Source: an uncultured Campylobacter sp. (GTDB lineage Bacteria; Actinomycetota; Actinomycetes; Mycobacteriales; Mycobacteriaceae). Taken from it: 64,000 nt of DNA. Both the position numbers and the translations under genes were made by a program. Where the stretch lies: positions 111,490-175,489 of the forward strand of contig CAMIME010000001.1 of NCBI GenBank assembly GCA_946221035.1, in the 5' to 3' direction. Positions 39,947 through 49,227 of the stretch are shown here, one piece after another. Position 1 is the first letter of the stretch. The number at the start of each line of letters is the position of its first letter. The notes under the pieces were generated by a model. The model searched no databases. It saw only the letters and a program-made list of their open reading frames with translations, and was not told the DNA's origin.

Positions 39947-40372
39947 CTAGCGCTCGGCGATGATGAACACCAGACGGAACTTGCCAATCTGGATCTCATC
40001 GCCGTTGGTGAGCTCCTGCGCGTTCTGCGGCTCGCGGTTGACGTAGGTGCCGTTGAGCGATCCCACATCCACCACCTCGTAGCCACCTTCATTGCGGCGG
40101 AATTCCGCGTGGCGGCGGGACACAGTCACATCGTCGAGGAAGATGTCCGCATCCGGGTGACGGCCTGCGCTGGTCGACTCCTGGTCCAGCAGGAAACGGG
40201 CGCCGGCGTTCGGGCCGCGCTTGACCACGAGGAGGGCCGCACCCTCAGGAAGGTTCTCCGCCCCAGTTGTCGAGTCCGCGGACGCCGCCGCGCCCGACTC
40301 CATCTCCTTGAGCAGGTCAGCGCGGAATACCGAGGTGGTTTCAACCTGGTTCTGCGGCGTGTTTTCGCTCAT
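39947..40372 (-). CDS. odhI: FHA-domain regulator OdhI/GarA
   Basis: Translation begins MSENTPQNQVETTSVFRADL and includes the motifs ETTS and TVSRRHAEF in an FHA domain. The start is the ATG ending at 40372. Confidence 0.9.
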   Translation of the reverse strand: MSENTPQNQVETTSVFRADLLKEMESGAAASADSTTGAENLPEGAALLVVKRGPNAGARFLLDQESTSAGRHPDADIFLDDVTVSRRHAEFRRNEGGYEVVDVGSLNGTYVNREPQNAQELTNGDEIQIGKFRLVFIIAER

Positions 40373-40511
40373 GGTCACTCCTGACGTAATTGAGTCTGAC
40401 GTTGAACGTTCGCAATCATACCGCTCTAGCCCGCCCGAGGGGCTCGAACGCGGTGATCCCGAAACTTTCAACCTGCAGTGTACATTCAGCCCGGACATTC
40501 AGCCCCGCGGA

Positions 40512-42803
40512 TTAGCGGAAGATGTTGCCGATGCCGGAAATCACCGAGTTTCCCGAGCCCGCGAGCGGGTTGTCGGAGACCATGTAGGTCCAGGTGGCGC
40601 TGGGGCGCTTCCAGCCTGCGTCGGCGAGGTGGGCACCGGAGGCGTCGATAGGCACGTGCTCGAACGTGAGCACAGCCTTATCGACGGCACGGTTAGCCAG
40701 ATCCTTGAACTCTCGCACTGCAATGCGGTGGTACTCATCGATCGGCGTCTCGCGGGCGATGGCGCGCAGGTGGATAGATTCGCGCACGTCGTCCATGAGC
40801 GCCAAGTGCTCCGACCATTCGTCGTCGAGGTGGAAGAGCATGATGTCGCGCGCAGCCTGCTCGAGCACGTCCTGGGGCAGGTCCGCCAGCTCAGCGGCAC
40901 GCTTCGGGTTCGCCTGCGAAAGCTCCCGCCAGGCGGTGTCAGTGTCCAACAGTGCGGCGCGGCGTTCGTCCAGGATGTCGCGGTGGTCCGCCAGCAGCTT
41001 GTTGTACTTCCACGTCTGCGAGTGGATCTCGAGGAGCTGGCCTTCGGTAACTCGCTGGCAGTGCTCCACGAAGTGCTGAACGCGGTTGCCGGTGAGTCTG
41101 CCGTCGGCCTCGGGCTGGCCAGTGAATTGCTCGTCGGCGCCGCCGGTGGTCACCACATCGTCATCCAGCGAGACGAAGAACACACTGAGGCCAGGATCGC
41201 CTTGGCGGCCTGCGCGGCCCCTCAGCTGGTTGTCAAGGCGCGCCGAGCGGTGGCGTGCCGTGCCCAAGACCGCGAGCCCACCCAGTGAGGCCACCTGGTC
41301 GTGGTCGCGTTCGTCAGCTCCGCCGAGCCGAATGTCGGTGCCACGGCCCGCCATCTGCGTGGACACGGTCACACGCCCGATATCGCCTGCCTCAGCAATG
41401 ATCCGGGCCTCCTCTGCGTCGTTCTTCGCGTTGAGCACGTTGACCGCGATACCGCGGGCCTCGAGCGCCGTTGCCAACGCTTCGGACTCCGCCACATCGT
41501 GGGTTCCCACGAGCACAGGTTGCCCTGTGGCGTGGATGTGCGCGATCTCCTCCACGATCGCCTCGTTTTTGTCCTCCATGGTCGCGTAGATGCGGTCCGC
41601 TTCGTCGAAACGCTGCAGCTCGCTGGCCCGGTCGATCACGGAGACGTGGAGGCCGTAGAAGGATCTCAGCTGGTCGGTAGCTTCCACTGCCGTACCCGTC
41701 ATGCCGCACACGGTTGGGTAGCGGCGCATGAGGGCCTGCAGCGTGATCGAGTCAAGGATGCGCCCACCCTCCGACACGTCAAGGCCCTCTTTCGCCTCGA
41801 CCGCTGCCTGGAGCCCGTCGGGCCAGCGCTGCAGCTCGGCGACACGCCCACGGGAGGCGTCGACGAGTGCAACCTTGCCGTCTTCAACGATGTAGTGCAC
41901 GTCGCGGATAAGCAGCGCCTTTGCGTGCAGCGCCAGGTTGACCCGCACGAGCGTGGTGCCAATGTGATCGTCTGAGTAGAGCGATTCAATGCCCAGGAGC
42001 CGCTCGATTTTCGCCGCACCGTCGTCTGTGAGGAACGCATTTCGCCCCTCAGCGTCGATCGTGTAGTCGTCGCCCTCCACCAGGTGGCCCACGGCCTCCG
42101 TAATGCGCCCGGTGGCCTGCTGCGACCCTTCGGACCCGGCGAGGACCAGCGGAACCAGCGCCTCATCGACCAGCACGCTGTCCGCCTCATCCACCAACGC
42201 AACATCGGCCGCCACCTGCACGGTCTGCGCGCGGGAAGTGATCTGGTTGTCGCGCAGATGATCGAAGCCGATCTCAGTCACAGGCGCGTAGACGACGTCG
42301 CAGCGGTATGCGGCAATGCGCTCTTCGCGTGTCGACGACTCCGTTACCGCCGCCACGGTCAAACCAAAGAACTCGACCAGCGGGCGCATCCACTCCGCAT
42401 CGCGCGCGGCGAGGTAGTTGTTCACGGTGATCAGGTGCACGCGCTTGCCGGTGAGTGCGTAACCGGTCGCCGCCATGGCCCCGACCAGGGTCTTGCCCTC
42501 ACCCGTAGCCATCTGGATCACGTCGCCTTCGAGGAGGCGAAGCACCGCTTGGTTTTGGACGTTGAACGGGGTCATGCCCAAGGTGCGCTGCGATGCAACG
42601 GACAGTCCTGCCAAGAAACGTGGCTTGTCCGCGATGTTCCCGCCGGAGACGGTGGAGCGGACGGTGTCGGCGAGCACGGAGTCGTCGAGAAGCGAAAGCT
42701 CCGGGATTAACTCGTGCGCGGATGAGACGATGCCCTTCGACTTCTTGTTGTTGCGCTCGGCGGTGGAGCCCATTGCTTTCCAGAACCAGTCGAACTTGCC
42801 CAT
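40512..42803 (-). CDS. secA2: Accessory Sec translocase ATPase SecA2
   Basis: It has SecA DEAD-like motor domains (MATGEGKTLV) at about 763 aa, shorter than housekeeping SecA. It lies next to the odhI/ftsR cluster, as SecA2 does in mycobacteria and corynebacteria. Confidence 0.8.
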   Translation of the reverse strand: MGKFDWFWKAMGSTAERNNKKSKGIVSSAHELIPELSLLDDSVLADTVRSTVSGGNIADKPRFLAGLSVASQRTLGMTPFNVQNQAVLRLLEGDVIQMATGEGKTLVGAMAATGYALTGKRVHLITVNNYLAARDAEWMRPLVEFFGLTVAAVTESSTREERIAAYRCDVVYAPVTEIGFDHLRDNQITSRAQTVQVAADVALVDEADSVLVDEALVPLVLAGSEGSQQATGRITEAVGHLVEGDDYTIDAEGRNAFLTDDGAAKIERLLGIESLYSDDHIGTTLVRVNLALHAKALLIRDVHYIVEDGKVALVDASRGRVAELQRWPDGLQAAVEAKEGLDVSEGGRILDSITLQALMRRYPTVCGMTGTAVEATDQLRSFYGLHVSVIDRASELQRFDEADRIYATMEDKNEAIVEEIAHIHATGQPVLVGTHDVAESEALATALEARGIAVNVLNAKNDAEEARIIAEAGDIGRVTVSTQMAGRGTDIRLGGADERDHDQVASLGGLAVLGTARHRSARLDNQLRGRAGRQGDPGLSVFFVSLDDDVVTTGGADEQFTGQPEADGRLTGNRVQHFVEHCQRVTEGQLLEIHSQTWKYNKLLADHRDILDERRAALLDTDTAWRELSQANPKRAAELADLPQDVLEQAARDIMLFHLDDEWSEHLALMDDVRESIHLRAIARETPIDEYHRIAVREFKDLANRAVDKAVLTFEHVPIDASGAHLADAGWKRPSATWTYMVSDNPLAGSGNSVISGIGNIFR

Positions 42804-42851
42804 GCGGCCAATCGTAGGTCAACCGGTCGATGCCAACGTCTTCGCCTAGGC

Positions 42852-44087
42852 TTGGGCACCATGCTTTCGATGAACGTTGAAGTGCCCTCCTCGAAGGGTC
42901 TCAAGATGGCGGGGACCATCGACCGGCCGGACGGCCCCGCTCAGGCGTATGCCATTTTCGCCCACTGTTTCGCGGGCTCGCGTCACACGCCCGGTGCGGC
43001 GCGCATTTCGAAGCGGCTCACCGAACACGGCATTGCCACGCTGCGCTTCGACTTCCCCGGCCTCGGCCAATCCGAAGGCGAGTTCCAGAACACATCGTTT
43101 TCTGAGAACGTGGACGACATCGTCGCCGCGGCGCAGTGGCTCGAGGAGAACTACAAGGCGCCTCAGCTACTCATGGGCCACTCCCTCGGCGGCGCGGCCA
43201 CACTCAAGGCCGCAACCCGCCCGGAGCTGAAGCAAATGATTAAGGCCGTGGCCACCGTGGGCGCCCCGTTCGACCCCGCGCACTCCGTGCTGCACTACGC
43301 CGACAAGATCGGCGAGGCAGACCGCGACGGCTCCGTCCCCGTCATCCTTGGCGGCCGCGAGCTCATCATCTCCCGCGAGTTCCTGGAGGACCTCGCCGTG
43401 ACCAACCCGGAGGAGTACCTGCCCAAGCTGCGTAAGCCGCTCCTGCTCGTCCACTCCCCGATCGATGTCACCGTGGGAATTGACAACGCCCAGACCATCT
43501 TCCAGCTCGCGCGCTACCCCAAGTCGCTGATGTGCCTGGATAAGGCGGACCACCTTCTCACCCGCCAGGGCACCGCGCAGCGCACCGCCGACATCATCGG
43601 CTCCTGGGTGCAGCAGTACATCGAGCCGCTGTTCGTTCCTGTGGAGACAACGGACACGAATGCCGTGTCCTACTCCGCGCGCGGCACGAAGTACGGCGAC
43701 GTGGTCCGCACCTCCAACCGCGCCATTACCACCGACCGCTCCAAGAACACCGGCGGCAAGGGCCAAGGTGTGACGTCGACCGGCCTGTACATGTCCGCGC
43801 TCGCCGTGTCCTGCTCTCAAGCCGTTCGCGAGGCAGCGAAGGGCATGCCGCTTGACGACGTCCGCGTGGAGGTCAACCACCACGGCGACGGCACCTTCAC
43901 CCGCGAGATCACCCTCTACGGCGAATTGAGCGACGAGCAGGTGGAGGCCCTGCGCGCCGCCGGCGCCGCCTCCACCGTCGACGGCTACGTGGCGAAGGGC
44001 GACGTGACGACGGTAGCCGAGACCGCCTCACTCGAGCGCCGCCGCCGCCAGAACAAGCTGCACCGCGCCGAACGCTTGGGCAAGTAG
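42852..44087 (+). CDS. Alpha/beta-hydrolase fused to a C-terminal OsmC/Ohr-like domain
   Basis: The N-terminal hydrolase has the nucleophile motif GHSLGG, and the C-terminal ~130 aa resembles an OsmC-like fold. Confidence 0.6.
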   Translation: MGTMLSMNVEVPSSKGLKMAGTIDRPDGPAQAYAIFAHCFAGSRHTPGAARISKRLTEHGIATLRFDFPGLGQSEGEFQNTSFSENVDDIVAAAQWLEENYKAPQLLMGHSLGGAATLKAATRPELKQMIKAVATVGAPFDPAHSVLHYADKIGEADRDGSVPVILGGRELIISREFLEDLAVTNPEEYLPKLRKPLLLVHSPIDVTVGIDNAQTIFQLARYPKSLMCLDKADHLLTRQGTAQRTADIIGSWVQQYIEPLFVPVETTDTNAVSYSARGTKYGDVVRTSNRAITTDRSKNTGGKGQGVTSTGLYMSALAVSCSQAVREAAKGMPLDDVRVEVNHHGDGTFTREITLYGELSDEQVEALRAAGAASTVDGYVAKGDVTTVAETASLERRRRQNKLHRAERLGK

Positions 44088-44479
44088 TGGCTGGACTGTG
44101 GTCTGAGGTGAGGGGCCTGTGCCCATGCGGGCTCGGCATACCGTATGACGCGTGCTGCGTCCGCTACATTTCAGGCGACGCCAACGCGCCGACCGCCGAG
44201 GCGCTCATGCGATCGCGCTACACGGCGTTCGTCGTCGGTGATGACTCCTATATCGCCCGCACCTGGGCGCCGGAGACGCTGCCTGCCAACCTGGAAGTCG
44301 ATCCCACCGGCGAGCCGTTCACCCACCTCAACGTCATTTCCACCGAGGGCGGAGGGCTTTTCGACGCTACCGGGGTCGTCGTATTCGAAGCCCTCTACCC
44401 CGGCGGCTCCCTGCAGGAACGTTCCCGCTTCGAACGACGTGACCGCCAGTGGCTATATGTGGACGGAGTAGTCAGTTGA
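44087..44479 (+). CDS. YchJ/UPF0225 family protein with a SEC-C-like Cys motif
   Basis: A CPCG...CC metal-binding motif and a YchJ-like core; GTG start overlapping the upstream stop. Confidence 0.55.
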   Translation: MAGLWSEVRGLCPCGLGIPYDACCVRYISGDANAPTAEALMRSRYTAFVVGDDSYIARTWAPETLPANLEVDPTGEPFTHLNVISTEGGGLFDATGVVVFEALYPGGSLQERSRFERRDRQWLYVDGVVS

Positions 44480-44562
44480 CCTGGCAGTTTTGGGGCCGGA
44501 TGACAGTGCTGTAATATCGGCTAAGTTACGCGGCTTGCAGATATGCAAGCGGGTAACGGATC

Positions 44563-44638
44563 GGGCTGTGGCGCAGTTTGGTAGCGCACCACACTGGGGG
44601 TGTGGGGGTCGCAGGTTCAAATCCTGTCAGTCCGACCA
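44563..44638 (+). tRNA. tRNA-Pro (anticodon GGG)
   Basis: A manual cloverleaf fold gives an acceptor stem CGGGCTG/CAGTCCG, a D arm GCGC-AGTTTGGTA-GCGC, and an anticodon stem CCACA/TGTGG with loop CTGGGGG. The T arm is GCAGG-TTCAAAT-CCTGT and the 3' CCA is encoded. Confidence 0.85.
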
Positions 44639-44644
44639 CTACGG

Positions 44645-44685
44645 GTGAACCCCCAGCCTGAGCTGGGGGTTCACGTTTTGTCGTT
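44645..44685. terminator. Rho-independent terminator after the tRNA, possibly bidirectional with the convergent adh gene
   Basis: A 13-bp stem GTGAACCCCCAGC/GCTGGGGGTTCAC with loop CTGA is followed by GTTTTGTCGTT. Confidence 0.7.
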
Positions 44686-44694
44686 CAAGTTTAC

Positions 44695-45870
44695 CTACGG
44701 CTTGAGCACGACCTTGATGCAGCCGTCTTCCTTCTTCTGGAACTTCTCGTACATCTCGGGGGCCTCATCGAGCGACGCGGTGTGGGTCTTCAGGTCGAGT
44801 ACGCCGAGCGGGTCTGACGGGTCGTCGACCAACGGGAGGATGTCATCCGTCCAGTTGCGCACGTTGCATTGGCCCATCCGCATCTGTATCTGCTTGTCGA
44901 ACAGCGTCATCATCGGCATCGGGTCCTTCATTCCTCCGTAGACACCACTGAGGGAAATGGTTCCACCACGTCGCACAGCATCGATTGCGGTGTAGAGCGC
45001 GCTGAGACGGTCCACACCCGCATTCTGCACGGCAGCGCGACCGAGCGCAGGTGGTAGCAAGCCCGCAGCGGCCTGCGCGACACCGGCGACCGGGGACTCG
45101 TGGGCTTCCATGCCTACGGCGTCGACGACAGAGTCGGGCCCGCGACCGTCGGTAAGCTCCTGCAGCTTTTCGACGACGCCCTCACCGCCCTCGAGGACCT
45201 CGATGCCGTGCCGGGCTGCCATGGCGCGACGCTCCGCGACGGGGTCAACTGCGATGACGCGGTAGCCGAAGTGGGCCCCGATACGGGAGGCCATCTGCCC
45301 GATCGGGCCGAGGCCGAGCACTGCGAGGGTGCCACCCTCCGGGACGTCGGCGTACTTGACGCCCTGCCAAGCTGTCGGCAACACGTCGGAAAGGAAGAGG
45401 AATCGCTCGTCCTCGCCCACGTTGGGGACCTTGACGGGGCCGTAGTCAGCGTGCGGGACGCGCAGGTACTCGGCCTGGCCTCCGGGCAGCGAGCCGTAGA
45501 GGCGCGAGTAGCCGAACAGGGTGGCTCCGTTGCCGTACTCGCGAACCTGCGTGGTCTCGCACTGGGACTGGAAGCCACGCTCGCACATGTAGCAGTGCCC
45601 GCAGGACACGGTGAAGGGGACGACGACGCGGTCGCCGGGCTTGAGGTTCGTGACTGCGCTGCCGACCTCCTCGACGATGCCCATTGGCTCGTGCCCGATC
45701 ACGTCGCCCTTGTCCATGAACGGCGTGAGGACCTCGTAGAGGTGGAGGTCGGAGCCGCAAATGGCAGTGGAGGTGACTCGAATGATCGCATCGGTGGGTT
45801 CGATGATCTTGGGGTCCGGCACCTCCTCGACGGAGACGGTGCGCTTGGCTTGCCAGGTCAGGGCTTTCAT
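44695..45870 (-). CDS. Zn-dependent alcohol dehydrogenase family (glutathione-independent formaldehyde dehydrogenase-like)
   Basis: It has the catalytic-zinc motif CGSDLH, the structural-zinc Cys cluster CGHCYMCERG, and a Rossmann motif. Confidence 0.75.
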   Translation of the reverse strand: MKALTWQAKRTVSVEEVPDPKIIEPTDAIIRVTSTAICGSDLHLYEVLTPFMDKGDVIGHEPMGIVEEVGSAVTNLKPGDRVVVPFTVSCGHCYMCERGFQSQCETTQVREYGNGATLFGYSRLYGSLPGGQAEYLRVPHADYGPVKVPNVGEDERFLFLSDVLPTAWQGVKYADVPEGGTLAVLGLGPIGQMASRIGAHFGYRVIAVDPVAERRAMAARHGIEVLEGGEGVVEKLQELTDGRGPDSVVDAVGMEAHESPVAGVAQAAAGLLPPALGRAAVQNAGVDRLSALYTAIDAVRRGGTISLSGVYGGMKDPMPMMTLFDKQIQMRMGQCNVRNWTDDILPLVDDPSDPLGVLDLKTHTASLDEAPEMYEKFQKKEDGCIKVVLKP

Positions 45871-46002
45871 AAGGATCCTTTCATGGGTCAGCGTGCGGCC
45901 GAGTGTAATCGCGAATGCACCCGGCGTGCTGAGACCCGGAGTGCTGAGAAAGCCCCGGGTAGACCTTCAGGCGTTCCCGGGGCTTTTCATCGTGGTCGGG
46001 GG

Positions 46003-46218
46003 CTAGGAAACGATCCGCCCGCTCGCGTCGTAGGTGTAGAAACCCTGCCCAGCTTCGAGTCCGGTCTTGCCTTCAGCAACCATCGGTTTGAGCGTGGCCT
46101 CGACAAACTCCTTCTGCCACTCAGGGGCGTTCTCATTGGATTCGATGACTGCGACCAGGGTGCGCACGCCAACGAGATCCAGTGACGATAACCTTGAATC
46201 TTGCTGGGAGTTTCTCAT
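46003..46218 (-). pseudogene. 71-aa ORF resembling only the C-terminal tail of 3-hydroxyacyl-CoA dehydrogenase (possible gene remnant)
   Basis: Translation MRNSQQDSRLSSLDLVGVRTLVAVIESNENAPEWQKEFVEATLKPMVAEGKTGLEAGQGFYTYD... resembles the C-terminal dimerisation tail of HCDH-family enzymes. No NAD-binding N-terminal domain is present. Its ATG overlaps the stop of the upstream gamma-CA gene. Confidence 0.35.
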
Positions 46219-46751
46219 ATCAGTTGCGAGCGCTCGACGGCCATCAGCCCGTTGGCTGCGCGCCGTCCAAGCTTCACGTAGTACGCGGCGTGTTTGAGGC
46301 GTGCCTCGTACGTTTCCGGATCCAGTGTGCGCTTCACCTTGGCGGGCACGCCTGCGGCGAGGGAGAACTTGGGGATGTCCTGCCCCTCGAGCACCACTGT
46401 CCCGCCGCCGACGATACTTCCCTTGCCCACCCGGGAGCGCGACAGCACCGTGGCGCTCATGCCAATGAGGCACCCTGACTCGATGTAGCAGCCGTGGATC
46501 ATGGCCATGTGGCCGATGGTGACGTCGTCCTCCAGGACGGTTTCACCGTCCGTGTCCACGTGCAGAACCGATCCGTCTTGGATGTTGACGCGCTCGCCGA
46601 TGCGGATTGCGCCGACGTCGCCGCGTAGGACCGCACCTGGCCAGATGTTTGCGTCGGCACCAATGGTCACGTCGCCGATGATGGTCGCCTCGTTGGCAAT
46701 GAAAGCCGACGGATGGATGCGCGGGGTCTTGCCCTCGAAGCTGTAGATCAT
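46215..46751 (-). CDS. Gamma-class carbonic anhydrase / hexapeptide-repeat protein
   Basis: A left-handed beta-helix hexapeptide-repeat protein with gamma-CA-like His ligands. Confidence 0.7.
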   Translation of the reverse strand: MIYSFEGKTPRIHPSAFIANEATIIGDVTIGADANIWPGAVLRGDVGAIRIGERVNIQDGSVLHVDTDGETVLEDDVTIGHMAMIHGCYIESGCLIGMSATVLSRSRVGKGSIVGGGTVVLEGQDIPKFSLAAGVPAKVKRTLDPETYEARLKHAAYYVKLGRRAANGLMAVERSQLI

Positions 46752-46758
46752 GGGGCCA

Positions 46759-47715
46759 TTATTCCCGCTCTGGGGTGGCGTGATCCTCGATTCCGTAGCC
46801 GACGCCGAAAAACTCCAGCATCATGCGGGTGGCGAAGCTTTTGGACACGGTCGCGGAATTGTCCCCGGCACCACCCGGCCACGTGTGGGGACCATGCTCG
46901 ATGCGGTAGTGCAGAAGCGCAGCGTCGCAGTCGCTCCACGCCAGTTGGGTAACCAACGAGGTGATCCGGGTGTCCTCCTCGCGGGCCGCGCAATGGTTGC
47001 GCCGTGCAGATTCTTCGAGCATCTCGGGCACGGAATCGTACACCGTCGCGTGGCGCTCTCCCCCGTAGTAGGAAATGATCCGGTCGTCTGTGCCGTGGAA
47101 GTTGATGTGCTTCATCGGGATCTGTGAGCACCCCTGCGAGACGCGCTCGTAGAATGCCGCCGCAACGGTGGCAATACCGGTGAACTCCTGGGGGCGCTGG
47201 CACCCCAGGTACGCCGCGAAGCCACCGCCATTGGACATCCCGGCGGCGAACACCCGTGAGCGGTCGACCGGCAACTCCGCGGTGAGCTCCTCAAGCACCG
47301 CGTCAACGTAGGCGAGGTCTTGCTCCCCGGTCGTCGAGGCATACGGCGCAGGTGCCCAGGCCGTATCTACCCCAGCCATGTAAGCGACGATGGCGTCGGC
47401 CTGATCCAGGCCCGTATTGCGCCGGGTCCTCTCAATATCCTCGGTGAATCCGTGGAAGACGAAGATCAGCGGCAACTTGTCGCGTTGACGCGCACCGTGC
47501 GGAAGCGATACGACGTACTCGCGCTTCAACCCCCCGGCGGTGACCTTACGCTGCTCTAACGCCGCGGGTTCCCAGGGCGCCACTTCTTCCACCACGTCTT
47601 TCGCAGGCGCGGTGACGGTACTGATCGGGGTTTCCTCAACCGGGCGATCGCTGCACGACACCGCAAAAACGCAGTTCGCGGCAAGTGCCACGGCCAGAAG
47701 TTTCTTGCCGATCAC
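46759..47715 (-). CDS. Secreted esterase lipoprotein (PHB-depolymerase/LpqC-like alpha/beta hydrolase)
   Basis: The signal peptide has a lipobox (LAANCVFAVSC), and the nucleophile motif is GMSNGG. Confidence 0.65.
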   Translation of the reverse strand: MIGKKLLAVALAANCVFAVSCSDRPVEETPISTVTAPAKDVVEEVAPWEPAALEQRKVTAGGLKREYVVSLPHGARQRDKLPLIFVFHGFTEDIERTRRNTGLDQADAIVAYMAGVDTAWAPAPYASTTGEQDLAYVDAVLEELTAELPVDRSRVFAAGMSNGGGFAAYLGCQRPQEFTGIATVAAAFYERVSQGCSQIPMKHINFHGTDDRIISYYGGERHATVYDSVPEMLEESARRNHCAAREEDTRITSLVTQLAWSDCDAALLHYRIEHGPHTWPGGAGDNSATVSKSFATRMMLEFFGVGYGIEDHATPERE

Positions 47716-47755
47716 GCCTCGGCTCCCGGAGAATGCACGAAAGGTAGGTTAATCC

Positions 47756-48547
47756 ATGATGCAGACACCCGACCACCAGCCCGGCCCCAGCAGGAAGGCG
47801 GGTCCGATCTTCCGAGACGCCTCGCACCGCAACGACGCCGCTCGAGCATTCCGCCGCGATGCAAAGCGTTACGACGATGCGAGGCCGGGCTATCCGGAGG
47901 CCGTCGTCAAGCTTCTTGGAAGCTCACGCCGCACCGTGTGCGACGTCGGCGCAGGCACGGGCAAGCTCACGCAGTTGCTTGACGACGGCACGCGCACCGT
48001 CCTCGCCTGCGATCCCTCCGAAGATATGACCCGGGTGTTTCACGCACTGCACCCGAACGTAGCAGTGTGGCGCGCCACCGCCGAGGCCACCGGGCTGCGC
48101 GATAACGCGGTTGACGCTTTGACGTGCGCGCAGACGTGGCATTGGGTCGACGCCGAAGTGGCGAGCGCCGAGGCGGACCGCGTCGTGGCAGATGGCGGGG
48201 CGCTGCTGCTGTGCTGGAACACCCTTGCCGTGCACCACCCGTGGGTATTGCGCCTCAGCCGGATCATGCATTCAGGCGACGTGCAACGCGAGGGCTTCTA
48301 CCCCACCGTGCTCGCACCCTGGAAACTGACCCGGGAACTTCGCGAGGAATGGGTGGACATGGTCGAGGTGGAGCACTGTTTTGAACTCATGGCCACCCGC
48401 TCCTACTGGCTCAAAGCGAACCCCGCAACGCGCGAGAAGATGCAAGCCAACCTCTCCTGGTACCTCTACGACCGGCTTGGTTTCGAGCGCGGCCAGGTTA
48501 TTCCCCTGCCCTACCGCACCGATGCGTTCGTGTACGAACGCGGTTAG
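47756..48547 (+). CDS. Class I SAM-dependent methyltransferase
   Basis: The SAM-binding motif is VCDVGAGTGKLT. Confidence 0.65.
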   Translation: MMQTPDHQPGPSRKAGPIFRDASHRNDAARAFRRDAKRYDDARPGYPEAVVKLLGSSRRTVCDVGAGTGKLTQLLDDGTRTVLACDPSEDMTRVFHALHPNVAVWRATAEATGLRDNAVDALTCAQTWHWVDAEVASAEADRVVADGGALLLCWNTLAVHHPWVLRLSRIMHSGDVQREGFYPTVLAPWKLTRELREEWVDMVEVEHCFELMATRSYWLKANPATREKMQANLSWYLYDRLGFERGQVIPLPYRTDAFVYERG

Positions 48548-49227
48548 CGGCGCTCTACGCCGAAGAACTCGAGCACTGTCGCGGTGACATCGATGCCGCG
48601 TCTTGCGGCCCACCCGCCGGTAGGCCACTCGTGGCCCATCCCCTCAACCCGGCGAAGCTCGGCGCGGGCGATGCCTTGGTTGCGCCGTTCGAAGGCGGAC
48701 ACCACCTCGGGAGCGCCGTAGGTGGGGTCGTCCTCGACGCCGGAATACGGCGAGCGAGCCTCTCCGCCGAACGGCACCACATCGTCGTACGTGCCGTGGA
48801 TGTTCAGGTAATCGACCGGCTCGCCTTTGGCGATGTCTTCCGGGTGCGCGCGCACGGCCGCCGAGACGGTGGCCACCGCGGCGTAGCGGTCGTCGAGAAG
48901 CGAAAGGCTCACGGCGAGGCCGCCGCCATTAGAGAACCCGGTGAGGTAGATGCGCTCGCTGTCGATGTCGTGGTGTGCGATGAGGTGGTCCAGGATTGCG
49001 TCGATACGCTGCTGGTCCTGCTCGAGGGTGGTGTGCGCGTACGGGGCGGGTGCCCACGCGAGACCCACCCCAGTGGGCGCGGCGACGATGGCGCGGGCCT
49101 GATCGAGCCCGGTGGCCTCGAGGAAATCTCCTCCGTTGTCTCCTTTGCCGTGCAGGGCAATGATCACCGGGGCGGGGCCTGCGAGATCCTCCGGAACCGA
49201 CACGTGAGCGAGCGGGGCCGAACTCAT
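48544..49227 (-). CDS. Esterase, paralog of the 46759..47715 esterase lipoprotein, lacking a signal peptide
   Basis: The motif GFSNGGG and the shared motif WAPAPYA are collinear with the neighbouring esterase. There is no N-terminal hydrophobic leader. Confidence 0.6.
   Translation of the reverse strand: MSSAPLAHVSVPEDLAGPAPVIIALHGKGDNGGDFLEATGLDQARAIVAAPTGVGLAWAPAPYAHTTLEQDQQRIDAILDHLIAHHDIDSERIYLTGFSNGGGLAVSLSLLDDRYAAVATVSAAVRAHPEDIAKGEPVDYLNIHGTYDDVVPFGGEARSPYSGVEDDPTYGAPEVVSAFERRNQGIARAELRRVEGMGHEWPTGGWAARRGIDVTATVLEFFGVERR

Noticed and set aside
44531-44562. Palindrome CTTGCAGATATGCAAG just upstream of tRNA-Pro
   Set aside because: It could be a promoter-proximal or processing element, but a single 16-bp palindrome without conservation data is not reportable as a feature.
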